This document shows positions 22,050 through 34,093 of a stretch of 64,000 nt of DNA, piece after piece. Location: contig NIVC01002245.1 of NCBI GenBank assembly GCA_002269645.1, positions 1-64,000 on the forward strand. Reading direction: 5' to 3'. Under the pieces are notes generated by a model. It worked only from the letters and a program-made list of their open reading frames with translations. It had not been told where the DNA came from and made no database searches. The stretch comes from Macrostomum lignano (taxonomy: Eukaryota). A program made the position numbers and the translations under genes. Numbering within the stretch: the stretch's first letter is position 1; each line of letters opens with the position of its first letter.

Positions 22050-23885
22050 ATTGGGCCACCCACCACCTCACTCCATATTCCTGTGTCCTGATTGGACCGC
22101 TACCACCTCACCCCTAATTTCTGTGTCTGATTGGACCGCTACCACTTCACTCCATATTCCTGTGTCCTGATTGGACCGCTACTTCACTCCATATTCCTGT
22201 GTCCTGATTGGACCGCTACCGCCTCACTCCATATTCCTGTGTCCTGATTGTACCGCTACTTCACTCCATATTCCTGTCCACTGATTGGTAAGCCACATCA
22301 CTCCATTTTCCTGTGCCCTGATTGGACCGCTACCACCTCACTCCATATTCCTGTGTCCTGATTGGACCGCTACCACCTCACTCCATATTCCTGTGTCCTG
22401 ATTGGACCGCTACCACCTCACTCCATATTCCTGTGTCTTGATTGGACCGCTACCGCCTCACTCCATATTCCTGTGTCCTGATTGGACCGCTACCACCTCA
22501 CTCCATATTCCTGTGCCCTGATTGGACCGCTACCACCTCACTACATATTCCTGTGTCTTGATTGGACCGCTACCATCTCACCCCATATTTCTGTGTCTGA
22601 TTGGACCGCTACCACCTCACTCCATATTCCTGTGTCCTGATTGGACCGCTACCATCTCACCCCATATTTCTGTGTCTGATTGGACCGCTACCACCTCACT
22701 CCATATTCCTGTGTCTTGATTGGACCGCTACCATCTCACTCCATATTCCTGTGTCCTGATTGGACCGCTACCATCTCACCCCATATTACTGTGTCTGATT
22801 GGACCGCTACCACCTCACTCCATATTCCTGTGTCTTGATTGGACCGCTACCATCTCACCCCATATTTCTGTGTTTGATTGGACCGCTACCAACTCACTCC
22901 ATATTCCTGTGTCCTGATTGGACCGCTACTTCACTCCATATTCCTGTCCACTGATTGGTAAGCCACATCACTCCATTTTCCTGTGCCCTGATTGGACCGC
23001 TACCACCTCACTCCATATTCCTGTGTCCTGATTGGACCGCTACCATCTCACCCCATATTACTGTGTCTGATTGGACCGCTACCACCTCACTCCATATTCC
23101 TGTGTCTTGATTGGACCGCTACCATCTCACCCCATATTTCTGTGTTTGATTGGACCGCTACCAACTCACTCCATATTCCTGTGTCCTGATTGGACCGCTA
23201 CTTCACTCCATATTCCTGTCCACTGATTGGTAAGCCACATCACTCCATTTTCCTGTGCCCTGATTGGACCGCTACCACCTCACTCCATATTCCTGTGTCC
23301 TGATTGGACCGCTACCACCTCACTCCATATTCCTGTGTCCTGATTGTACCGCTACCGCCTCACTCCATATTCCTGTGTCCTGATTGGACCGCTACCGCCT
23401 CACTCCATATTCCTGTGTCCTGATTGTACCGCTACCGCCTCACTCCATATTCCTGTTTCCTGATTGGACCGCTACCAACTCACTCCATTTTCCTGTGCCC
23501 TGATTGGACCGCTACCAACTCACTCCATATTCCTGTGCCCTGATTGGACCGCTACCACCTCACTCCATATTCCTGTGTCCTGATTGGACCGCTACCGCCT
23601 CACTCCATATTCCTGTTTCCTGATTGGACCGCTACCAACTCACTCCATTTTCCTGTGCCCTGATTGGACCGCTACCAACTCACTCCATATTCCTGTGCCC
23701 TGATTGGACCGCTACCACCTCACTCCATATTCCTGTGTCCTGATTGGACCGCTACCGCCTCACTCCATATTCCTCCTGTGTCCTGATTGGACCGCTACCA
23801 CCTCACTCCATATTCCTGTGTCCTGATTGGACCACTACCACCTCACTCCATATTCCTGTGTCCTGATTGGACCGCTACCTTACTC
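22050..23885. repeat. 40-bp minisatellite (ctgattggaccgctaccacctcactccatattcctgtgtc), about 45 copies
   Basis: Tandem units read directly; almost every unit has CTGATTGG (a CCAAT box on the minus strand). Confidence 0.96.
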
Positions 23886-24319
23886 CATTGGCCTAGAATG
23901 TGATCATGAAACTATGTTCCATGTTCAATAAATAGTTCAGTGTAACTGAACAACCCAAGCCTTATAACTGAGCCCAATCAATCGCATTGCAGCCGCATGG
24001 TTAGCAATAATTAACTGGCATATTGCTAACAGCCGCAGTCAGGCATATTATGCATCTATACCGGGCCAAGCACAAGAAGAAGTATAATCCCATGGCCTTT
24101 CTAGACTGGACTAAGCGCTCAGATGTAAGTACTCGCTGATGTCCCAGCGTGTGCGTATTCCTGCCGCAGCGTCCTGATTTTCGCGTATTTTATGCTAATA
24201 ATTTCCCTTCTCTATATTTATGATATTAACCTACAGTGCTCATCGGTAAGCTGATATTTAAGTGCCTTAAAATTGTTATATTCTAGTCATACTACTAATA
24301 GTGCTAATACAGCTAGTCA

Positions 24320-24930
24320 GCAGTGAGTGGAGTACATGGGATCAAACTGGGTGTAATTTGGGATCATAGTGAGTGGAATACATGGGATCAAACAGGGGTG
24401 TAATTTGGGATCATAGTGAGTGGAGTACATGGGATCAAACTGGGTGTAATTTGGGATCATAGTGAGTGGAGTAGCAATGGGATCAAACAGGGGTGTAATT
24501 TGGGATCATAGTGAGTGGAGTAGCATGACTGGATCAGACTGGGGTGGGGAGTAGCATGGGATCAGACTGGGTGGGGAGTAGCATGGGATCAGACTGGGGT
24601 GGGGAGGAGCATGGGATCAGACTGGGGTGGGGACTGGGGAGTAGCATGGGATCAGACTGGGTGGGGAGGAGCATGGGATCAGACTGGGGTGGGGAGGAGC
24701 ATGGGATCAGACTGGGGTGGGGAGGAGCATGGGATCAGACTGGGGTGGGGACTGGGGAGTAGCATGGGATCAGACTGGGGGGGGGGAGTAGCATGGGATC
24801 AGACTTAGGGGAGTAGCATGGGATCAGACTTAGGGGAGTAGCATGGGATCAGACTTAGGGGAGTAGCATGGGATCAGACTTAGGGGAGTAGCATGGGATC
24901 AGACTGGGGTGGGGAGTAGCATGGGATCAA
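24320..24930. repeat. G-rich catgggatca minisatellites
   Basis: Tandem units read directly. Confidence 0.9.
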
Positions 24931-25196
24931 TATTTTATTAGTAGTTTGAATATTTATTAATTACGGTCGTATTTATCCGGTTGGCCTAAATTGAGCATGA
25001 ACCTAGTGTTGGAAATCATTGCCTCAATCAGCAAACTGGCTCATATGCTATCTGTTTTTCTTTATAATCTGTAAAATTTTGGATTGTTCAGCTTATAGAC
25101 GGCAAAAATCTGCGTTGATTTTTTTGCATAATTTACTTGTTTAAACGAGCGCGCGGCCAATTCACTATCAATACGGCCACTTTCTCCAATCCGCAG

Positions 25197-28100
25197 GCGT
25201 CATTCTTTCAGAAGCCGTCAGTTTATCACGCTCTAATCGTGATATTCCTAGAATTCTTCGCCTGAGGCCTGCTCACTAATCCCATGATCAACGTGCTCGA
25301 GGAGACGTTTCCGGCGCATAAATTCCTTATGAACGGCCTTATTCAAGGCGTGAAGGTGAGTAGCTTTTAAAGTTTAGGGCTTTTGAAGTTTAGATTCGAG
25401 CTTGTGAAGCTTCGAGCTTGTGAAGCTTCGAGCTTGTGAAGCTTCGAGCTTGTGAAGCTTCGAGCTTGTGAAGCTTCGAGCTTGTGAAGCTTCGAGCTTG
25501 TGAAGCTTCGAGCTTGTGAAGCTTCGAGCTTGTGAAGCTTCGAGCTTGTGAAGCTTCGAGCTTGTGAAGCTTCGAGCTTGTGAAGCTTCGAGCTTGTGAA
25601 GCTTCGAGCTTGTGAAGCTTCGAGCTTGTGAAGCTTCGAGCTTGTGAAGCTTCGAGCTTGTGAAGCTTCGAGCTTGTGAAGCTTCGAGCTTGTGAAGCTT
25701 CGAGCTTGTGAAGCTTCGAGCTTGTGAAGCTTCGAGCTTGTGAAGCTTCGAGCTTGTGAAGCTTCGAGCTTGTGAAGCTTCGAGTGAAGCTTCGAGTTTT
25801 TGAAGTTGTGAGCCCTGTGAAGCTTTGAGTTTGTTAAGCTTCGAGCTTGTAAAGTCTCAGCAAAATTGATACTCCAACTGATTGCTTCACAATTGATTGC
25901 TACTGAATAACAAGTAGTAGTTCAATAGCGTATGTACTGCGAAACTTTAACTCATTGCAGGGCTTCCTCTCCTTCCTGGCCGCTCCCCTGGTCGGCGCTC
26001 TGTCAGACGTGTTCGGCCGCAAAACTTTTCTATTGGTGACGGTGTTTTTCACCTGTTCCCCAATTCCCTTTATGCACGTGTCACACTGGTGGTACTTCAC
26101 TTTGATCACCGTGTCCGGCATCTTCTCCGTCACCTTCTCCGTTGTGTTCGCCTACGTGTCGGACGTGACCACCGAGGAGGACCGCAGCTGGGCCTACGGC
26201 CTCGTCTCGGCCAGCTTCGCTGCCAGCCTCATCACTTCTCCGGCAATTGGCGCCCACCTGGGCAAATTGTATAGCGACAACTTTGTAGTGGCTCTGGCCA
26301 CGTTTGTGGCTCTGCTGGACATCTTCTTTATACTGACAGTGAGACTGCGGGCTGCAATCTTGAGCTTTGGGATTTTTACTCAGCTTTGAAACAGGCTGGA
26401 ATCTCATAGTAAACATGCTTAAACAGGCTGGAATCTCATAGTAAACAGATGCATAAACAAGCTGGAATCTCATAGTAAACAGATGCATAAACAAGCTGCA
26501 ACCTCATAGTAAACAGATGCTTAAACAGGCTGCAATCTCATAGTAAACAGATGCATAAACAAGCTGGAATCTCATAGTAAACAGATGCATCAACAGGCTG
26601 CAATCCCACTGTAAACAGATGCATAAACAGGCTGGAATCTCATAGTAAACAGATGCATAAACAGGCTGGAATCTCATAGTAAACAGATGCATCAACAGGC
26701 TGGAATCTCATAGTAAACAGATGCATAAACAAGCTGGAATCTCATAGTAAACAGATGCATAAACAAACTGCAACCTCATAGTAAACAGATGCTTAAACAG
26801 GCTGCAATCCCATAGTAAACAGATGCTTAAACAGGCTGCAATCCCATAGTAAACAGATGCATTAACAGGCTGCAATCCCACTGTAAACAGATGCATAAAC
26901 AGGCTGCAATCCCACTGTAAACAAATGCATAAACAGGCTGGAATCTCATAGTAAACAGCTGCATAAACAAGCTGCAACCTCATAGTAAACAGATGCCTAA
27001 ACAAGCTGCAACCCCATAGTAAACAGATGCATAAACAAGCTGCAACCCCATAGTAAACAGATGCATAAACAAGCTGCAACCTCATAGTAAACAGATGCCT
27101 AAACAAGCTGCAACCCCATAGTAAACAGATGCATAAACAAGCTGCAACCCCATAGTAAACAGATGCATAAACAAGCTGCAACCTCATAGTAAACAGATGC
27201 ATAAACAAGCTGCAACCCCATAGTAAACAGATGCATAAACAAGCTGCAATCTCATAGTAAACTGATGCATAAACAGGCTGCAATCCCATAGTAAACAGAT
27301 GCTTAAACAGGCTATAAAGTCGGACAATAAAAGCCGGAATCGAACCCCCGCCCGCAGGTGGTGCCGGAGTCCCTATCAGAGAAGAACCGCTGCGTTGCCT
27401 GGGGCTCGCAGATCAGCTGGGCCAAGGCCGATCCGTTCTCCTCGCTGCGCAAGATGGGCGCCGACCAGCTCATTCTGATGCTGTGCATCACCACCTTTCT
27501 GAGCTACCTGCCCGAGGCTGGCGAGTACACCTGCTTCTTTGTCTACCTTCGCCTCATCATGGGCTTCTCAGAGGAGGGCGTGGCGTATTTCATCTGCGTT
27601 GTGGGCATTCTGTCCTGCATTGCCCAGACAGCCGGCCTGAGCTTTTTAATCAAGCACTGCGGCCCGAAGCGGACAATCATGATTGGCCTGGTGTTCCACA
27701 TGCTGCAGATGGGCATCTACGGATTCTCCTCCCAGACTTTCCTGCTCTGGCTGGCCGGCTGCCTGGCCGCTCTGGGCAGCATCACCTACCCGGCCATCTC
27801 CGCCTTCGTGTCCAACCACGCCGAGCAGGACCAGCAGGGCGTCGCCCAGGGCATCCTGACCGGCATCCGCGGCCTGTGCAACGGCCTCGGCCCGGCCCTG
27901 TTCGGCTTCATCTTCTACGTGTTCGAGGTGGACTTAAATGACGCGCCTAAAATGGCCTCCTCGCCGCTCATTCCCGGCCTGGCTGGCGCCGCCAATCGGA
28001 CTGCAGCTGCTACGGTTGGTCTGCTTCTTTTAGGGGTGTCTGCCTTGTGTCTACCTTGTGTCTGCTTGTGTCCTTCTAGACTTCTAGTGTCCTTCTCTGC

Positions 28101-29625
28101 TGTCTTTTTCTCTGTCTGCCTGCCTGTCTGTCTGTCTGTTTCTGTCTGTCTGTCTGTTTGTCTGTATGTCTGTCTTATTTATTAGAGGCAGGGGGGTTGT
28201 GTGCACCCTGGCGCACTTTAAGCGACATAGGCACACAACCGGCGAGAGGCATTACTGCCCCCATTCTATACCGACTCCCCTGAGCAGGCACACAAGCGCG
28301 CGGATACGTACGCAGGCACACACTCACACAGGAGTGTACAGCGGCCCTAACTTTATATTATCGTTAGGCATGTACACTTCACTGCGCCTTGGGGGGTTGG
28401 CTCTCAAGGCCGTTAATTGCACGAGCAGAGCCAAGCCGAGATTCCAATTCAGCCCCAAATTGATGTGACTGCACTTGGAATCGAGCCTGGGCCGCTGGCA
28501 CACCAGAGCAGCTGCGCTACCGCTGGGCTACGGCCCCCCTGTATGTCTGTCTGTCCATCTGTTACTTAATCCATGCCTCCCAGACTATCTAGCATCGAAT
28601 TCTACAGAGGTTTAAATATCCAATAATTTTCCAAATCCCAATAGGTTAAATCAGTAGAGAGACTGTTTTGATTTGCTGTTGGGCAGCCCAAATTATATGA
28701 AAAGGATTTTATCTGCCATAAATTTCCAGGTCGCATCGGCAGGCGTCACCGCCCTGAGCTGGCAGCAGCGAATGCACAACTTCAACAAGGCCATCATGCC
28801 AGGCCCGCCGTTCGCTTTCGGAGCCGTGCTGGTGCTGCTGGCCATCCTGGTGTCCGTGCTGATCCCCGACAACCCGCACTCCAGCATCAACATCAGCGTC
28901 AAGCCGGGCGACGGGCACAGGCGGACGCCCAGCTTAGTTATTAATTATCACAGATTGGGTGAGTGCCTGACCCCCGATTCTCTGTATCTGACATCCTATT
29001 CACAGTATCTGACACCCTATTCACAGTATCTGACACCCTATTCACAGTATCTGACACCCTATTCACAGCATCTGACACCCTATTCACAGTATCTGACACC
29101 CTATTCACAGTATCTGACACCCTATTCACAGCATCTGACACCCTATTCACAGCATCTGACACCCTATTCACAGTATCTGACATCCTATTCATAGTATCTG
29201 ACACCCTATTCACAGTATCTGACACCCTATTCATAGTATCTGACACCCTATTCACAGTATCTGACATCCTATTCACAGTATCTGACATCCTATTCATAGT
29301 ATCTGACACCCTATTCACAGTATCTGACACCCTATTCACAGTATCTGACATCCTATTCACAGTATCTGACACCCTATTCACAGTATCTGACATCCTATTC
29401 ATAGTATCTGACACCCTATTCACAGTATCTGACACCCTATTCATAGTATCTGACACCCTATTCACTGCATCTGACACCCTCTCTTCAGTGCCCTGAAAAT
29501 CCAATATTAAAAAATTTTCAGCCATTGACGATGACGATCCCGAGCAGCAGGCGGCGACCTCGGCGACTTCGGCAGCCACCGCAGGCTCGTCATCCGCTGG
29601 CGCCGGGGCCTCTTCGAGCAGTTGA
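25197..29625 (+). CDS. MFSD14: MFS transporter HIAT1/MFSD14; exons 25197 or 25212..25355, 25961..26338, 27358..28014, 28730..28958, 29522..29625; first exon unresolved; TGA at 25263
   Basis: KPSVYHALIVIFLEFFA*GLL, FLMNGLIQGVK|GFLSFL, GALSDVFGRK, LSYLPEAG, QGILTGIRGLCNGLGPA and IMPGPPFAFG match HIAT1. Introns are GT-AG and phase-compatible. Confidence 0.92.
25395..25790. repeat. Perfect 16-bp array (gaagcttcgagcttgt), about 25 copies, in an MFSD14 intron
   Basis: No variant units seen in the core. Confidence 0.97.
26385..27312. repeat. 34-bp minisatellite (tagtaaacagatgcataaacaagctgcaacctca) in an MFSD14 intron
   Basis: Tandem units read directly. Confidence 0.95.
28176..28538 (-). mobile_element. 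tRNA-derived SINE with a 14-bp target-site duplication
   Basis: Minus strand begins GGGGGCCGTAGCCCAGCGGT (A box) ... GGCTCGATTCC (B-box-like) and has an AT-rich tail. ctgtatgtctgtct flanks both sides (28162-28175 and 28539-28552). Second copy at 38091-38301. Confidence 0.85.
28985..29480. repeat. 21-bp minisatellite (tctgacaccctattcacagta) in the last MFSD14 intron
   Basis: Tandem units read directly. Confidence 0.95.
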
Positions 29626-30374
29626 ACAGGATTCAGTTTGATTTTGGAAGTCTTTTATGTCAAACCGGCTCTTTGCTTAACCGTTGCTTTGATTCAATTT
29701 TGTAAGCCAAGTTCGACCTCAGTTCGAAAGGATTTGAATTTTAAACAGAGCTCTTTCCGCTTATTTGAAAGAATTATCAATTGCGCTTGTAAGTTCAGAA
29801 CAGATGTTATTTTCCGCTCACTACGAAGATGCTTCAAAACAGTGCATAAAAAATTAACCGCTGCGTGCTTCTCCGCCCCAGCATTCCAGCCTCATCATCA
29901 TCATTCTGCATACGTGTATAATTTTATATCATTCACGTTTTGGTCCGCGGTATTTTTGGTTTCCGGGTTAATTAATCCATTTGTTTGTACATTTAATCTG
30001 TGTAGGTAGGACTGTCTTCATTCATTTTGGCTTATATTTGCTTTGCAATTGAGGATTAATTAAATATTGAAATTATTCTCGTTGATTTTCATGTTCTTTT
30101 TGGCACAGGCATTCTTTACTGCGTTTGATTTGTTTGAGTTTCTTGTGAAAGCCCGTCTACTGCAAAACTGCCAGCTTGCTGCCGTTTCCGAACTCTAATT
30201 GCTTCCTCTCTGGCTGCCTTGCACGGGCACCCGATTGAAACAAAAAATTATATCGACTGCGCAACTTAATTATCATTACACCTGTCTGTATTGATAGTCT
30301 GATATTTATCTGCGAACGAAGACGCCGCCGTGCAAATTGGACTTTGTGACAATTCCTAATTAAAGAATTTCGGA

Positions 30375-30810
30375 TTCCCATCGACACTGAGGATGCCCTT
30401 GAACTCGGAATTCCCATCGACACTAGGGATTCCCTTTAACTCGGAATTCCCATTGACACTAGGGATTTCCCTTAATTCGGAATTCCCATCGACACTAGGG
30501 ATTCCCCTTAACTCGGAATTCCTATCGACACTAGGGATTCCCCTTAACTCGGAATTCCCATCGACACTGGGGGTTTCCCTTAACTCGGAATTCCCATCGA
30601 CACTAGGGATTCCCCTTAACTGGGAATTCCCATTGACACTAGGGATTTCCCTTAATTCGGAATTCACATCGACACTAGGGATTCCCCTTAACTCGGAATT
30701 CCTATCGACACTAGGGATTCCCCTTAACTCGGAATTCCCATCGACACTGGGGGGTTTCCCTTAACTCGGAATTCCCATCGACACTAGGGATTCCCCTTAA
30801 ACTCGGAATT
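30375..30810. repeat. 36-bp minisatellite (aactcggaattcccatcgacactagggattcccctt)
   Basis: Tandem units read directly. Confidence 0.95.
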
Positions 30811-31790
30811 CCCATCAAAATTTAGGTTTCCCTAGAAATCAGGGATTCCCCTAAACCTCGCTGGAATTCCGAGTCTACGATATGCACTGTGCCTTCATTC
30901 ATTTACAAGTAACTTTAAACCTTTGTAATGCATATCTTTATTGCTTGACTTTAAATTAGTTGGCAGTAAAACAGTTGGTAGGATTAAGGAAATTTCTTGG
31001 AATATTCTCGAGCCTTTTAATTCTTTCCAATTTTTTTCTTCGCTTGGTTTTTCGCATCCCTCTAGGCGTTTCCTAAAGCTACGCAGATCTTACGTTGGTT
31101 AATTTTTAATGCTTCTCCCGCCCTCTTTCTGTTCAATATTTTTGTATAAAGTTGCTGATTGTACTCGTAAGTTCCCGCTGGTGTCTGGTACATATTGATG
31201 TTGACAGCCAAAAAAGCGTTGAAAGTACAAGCTGAACCCTCGCTAACTTAACACTTGTGTTGTTTGATTTTTCATCATTTTTAATTTCAATTCAGTTTTC
31301 CAGTTACGAGTAAATATGGATTTCTTTAGTGCAGCTTAAAATAGTGCTACGTATGTTAGGATGGCGTTCCTTGAGTTAAGATTTTTAGCTTACAAATTCA
31401 TAACTAATAGGGCTTGTACTACTACTATTACTTCTAATACTACTACTACTAATATTATTACTACTACTACTAGTACTACTACTACTACCAAAGAGACTCA
31501 AATAATAAAATATTTTTTGAAAATCCCATGTGACGAACTACTGCCACTTCTAGTTGTATGTAAACCTATCTAATTAGCAACTATCTAATTTTTGGTGAAA
31601 CATGCGTTCTCTTATAGAACCATTTTTAACAAAATTAGCCAATTAGGCCGATGCCCGTTCACTCTGTTCTTCTCTCTTTTTAAAATAAGTTTGATATAGT
31701 GCGACACAGTAAGTTAAAATATAGGTGCAAAAAAATTAGTTGCTGCCGCCACAATGAGCTCCTGAGCCTTTCACTGCCCAATCCAATCTC

Positions 31791-32618
31791 ATGGCACCCT
31801 TGCGCCTCTGCACCCTCCCGGTTGGCTGCAGCCGCCTCGCCGCTCCCTTGGCCGGCCTGCTCAGGCGAGCTGCCTTCTCCAGCTCCTCTGCGCGGTTCCA
31901 CGTCGCCGCGTCTGACGCAGCAGAGAGCTCCTCGCCGCCCCAGCAGCCTCAGCAGAATATCCGTCGAGTAGCCTTGGACTTCAACGAAGTTCGTCTAGTC
32001 GGTCGAGTCTCCAAGGTGCTGAATTTGAGCGCCCAGTGGGCCTCGTTCCTGCTGTCAACTCAGAACCAGCGCCTGGTCCGGCCGGCGGAGCCCGGCAGCG
32101 ACCAGCAGCCGCAGGTCCGGCAGGAGCGAATCTCCCACCTGGTGATCGCGCGGACCGCCGGCCCCGGCAGAGCGGCCGGCCTGGCCGATGGCGAGTTCGA
32201 AGGCGGCGGCTCCGCTCAGGCTGGCGAGCCGGACTGGCAGCAGCACCTGTACCCGGGCAGCCGGGTCGAGGTGGTCGGCCACCTGGCTAATCGGTTTGTT
32301 CGTCGGCCGGCTGGCGACGAAGCCACCAACGCCGTCGATGGCCAGCAGCAGCAGCAGCAGCAGCCTGACCGGCCGCAGTTCGAGCCGGTGATTCGAATGA
32401 CCCGACTCGCCCCCATCGCCAATTCGGGTGTTGGCGGCTCCTTTGCTGACCAGCGCCAGCCGCAGCGGCAGTGGAGGCAGCGCCGCGATCGCGACAGCTG
32501 GGACGATGGCGACGACTCTGGCGAAGGCAGGCGCGGCGGCTCTGACCGCTCCAGTCGATCGGGCGGTCGGGCCGCGGATGATCGGGACCCCTGGTCGGAG
32601 CCGGCCGAGGGCAACTGA
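31791..32618 (+). CDS. Divergent SSB-family OB-fold protein with a probable mitochondrial presequence (copy 1, single exon)
   Basis: Arg/Ala/Leu-rich N-terminus with no acidic residues; FNEVRLVGRVSK, SFLLST, ISHLV and YPGSRVEVVGHL follow the SSB strand pattern; Gly/Arg/Asp-rich tail. Confidence 0.65.
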   Translation: MAPLRLCTLPVGCSRLAAPLAGLLRRAAFSSSSARFHVAASDAAESSSPPQQPQQNIRRVALDFNEVRLVGRVSKVLNLSAQWASFLLSTQNQRLVRPAEPGSDQQPQVRQERISHLVIARTAGPGRAAGLADGEFEGGGSAQAGEPDWQQHLYPGSRVEVVGHLANRFVRRPAGDEATNAVDGQQQQQQQPDRPQFEPVIRMTRLAPIANSGVGGSFADQRQPQRQWRQRRDRDSWDDGDDSGEGRRGGSDRSSRSGGRAADDRDPWSEPAEGN

Positions 32619-32934
32619 TGCGGTCGCATTTCGATGAACTGTTTTGTTTTACTAGGGGGGGGAGTGTTTAATCTAAGCCTGATGATTACGTAGGTTTCAA
32701 ATTTCGACGCGTATAAAAATAAGAACAACAAGATGCTTCAATACTACTCATAAGCAAAACAATATTGGCGAGCATTTCTTCAAACTTTACCCGCCTGGAG
32801 TCATGCAAAAATATTGTTATATTGGCCTCGTATATATTGATCTATTAATATATAACTGTTGCATTGCACAGGCTTTTTAGTTAGAATAACTGCGTTAGTT
32901 TTATAATTGCTTTATAATCTATTTCTTTTCTGAG

Positions 32935-33965
32935 GACCACTGGAGGATCAGCAGCGGGGGGAGCGGGCAGCTCACTGGAGGATATCAGCAGCAGGGGGTA
33001 GCGGACAGCTCACTGGAGGATATCAGCAGCAGGGGGTAGCGGGCAGCTCACTGGAGGATATCAGCAGCAGGGGGTAGCGGACAGCTCACTGGAGGATATC
33101 AGCAGCAGGGGGTAGCGGGCAGCTCACTGGAGGATATCAGCAGCAGGGGGTAGCGGACAGCTCACTGGAGGATATCAGCAGCAGGGGGTAGCGGACAGCT
33201 CACTGGAGGATATCAGCAGCAGGGGGTAGCGGGCAGCTCACTGGAGGGTCAGCAGCAGGGGGTAGCGGACAGCTCACTGGAGGATCAGCAGCAGGGGGTA
33301 GCGGGCAGCTCACTGGAGGATATCAGCAGCAGGGGGTAGCGGGCAGCTCACTGGAGGATCAGCAGCAGGGGGTAGCGGGCAGCTCACTGGAGGATCAGCA
33401 GCAGGGGGTAGCGGGCAGCTCACTGGAGGATCAGCAGCAGGGGGTAGCGGGCAGCTCACTGGGGGATCAGCAGCGGGGGGGGGGGGTAGCGGGCAGCTCA
33501 CTGGAGGATCAGCAGCGGGGGGGGGTAGCGGGCAGCTCACTGGAGGATCAGCAGCAGGGGGTAGCGGGCAGCTCACTGGAGGATCAGCAGCAGGGGGTAG
33601 CGGGCAGCTCACTGGAGGATCAGCAGCAGGGGGTAGCGGGCAGCTCACTGGAGGATCAGCAGCGGGGGGGGGGGGGTAGCGGGCAGCTCACTGGAGGATC
33701 AGCAGCGGGGGGGGGGGTAGCGGGCAGCTCACTGGAGGATCAGCAGCAGGGGTAGCGGGCAGCTCACTGGAGGATCAGCAGCAGGGGGTAGCGGGCAGCT
33801 CACTGGAGGATCAGCAGCAGGGGTAGCGGGCAGCTCACTGGAGGATCAGCAGCAGGGGGTAGCGGGCAGCTCACTGGAGGATCAGCAGCAGGGGTAGCGG
33901 GCAGCTCACTGGAGGATCAGCAGCAGGGGGTAGCGGGCAGCTCACTGGAGGATCAGCAGCAGGGG
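32935..33965. repeat. 36-38-bp G-rich minisatellite (gctcactggaggatcagcagcagggggtagcgggca)
   Basis: Tandem units read directly. Confidence 0.95.
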
Positions 33966-34093
33966 GTACAGGGTAGCTCACCGAGGGGCCAACAAGTGAG
34001 GTATAGACAATAATTGATTGATCCCTATCCTTAAAAAATCGCTTTGTCTGCACAACTCTCTACTTACAGTAGACGCGCTCGCACGCAAGCGCC

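Noticed and set aside
25263-25265. Selenocysteine or alternative genetic code explanation for the MFSD14 TGA
   Set aside because: The position is a conserved Trp, not Cys. Other host genes here use TGG for Trp and TGA as stop.
28470-28538. Possible tRNA gene on the minus strand
   Set aside because: No complete cloverleaf or acceptor stem. It is followed by a SINE body and flanked by a TSD, so it is a SINE head.
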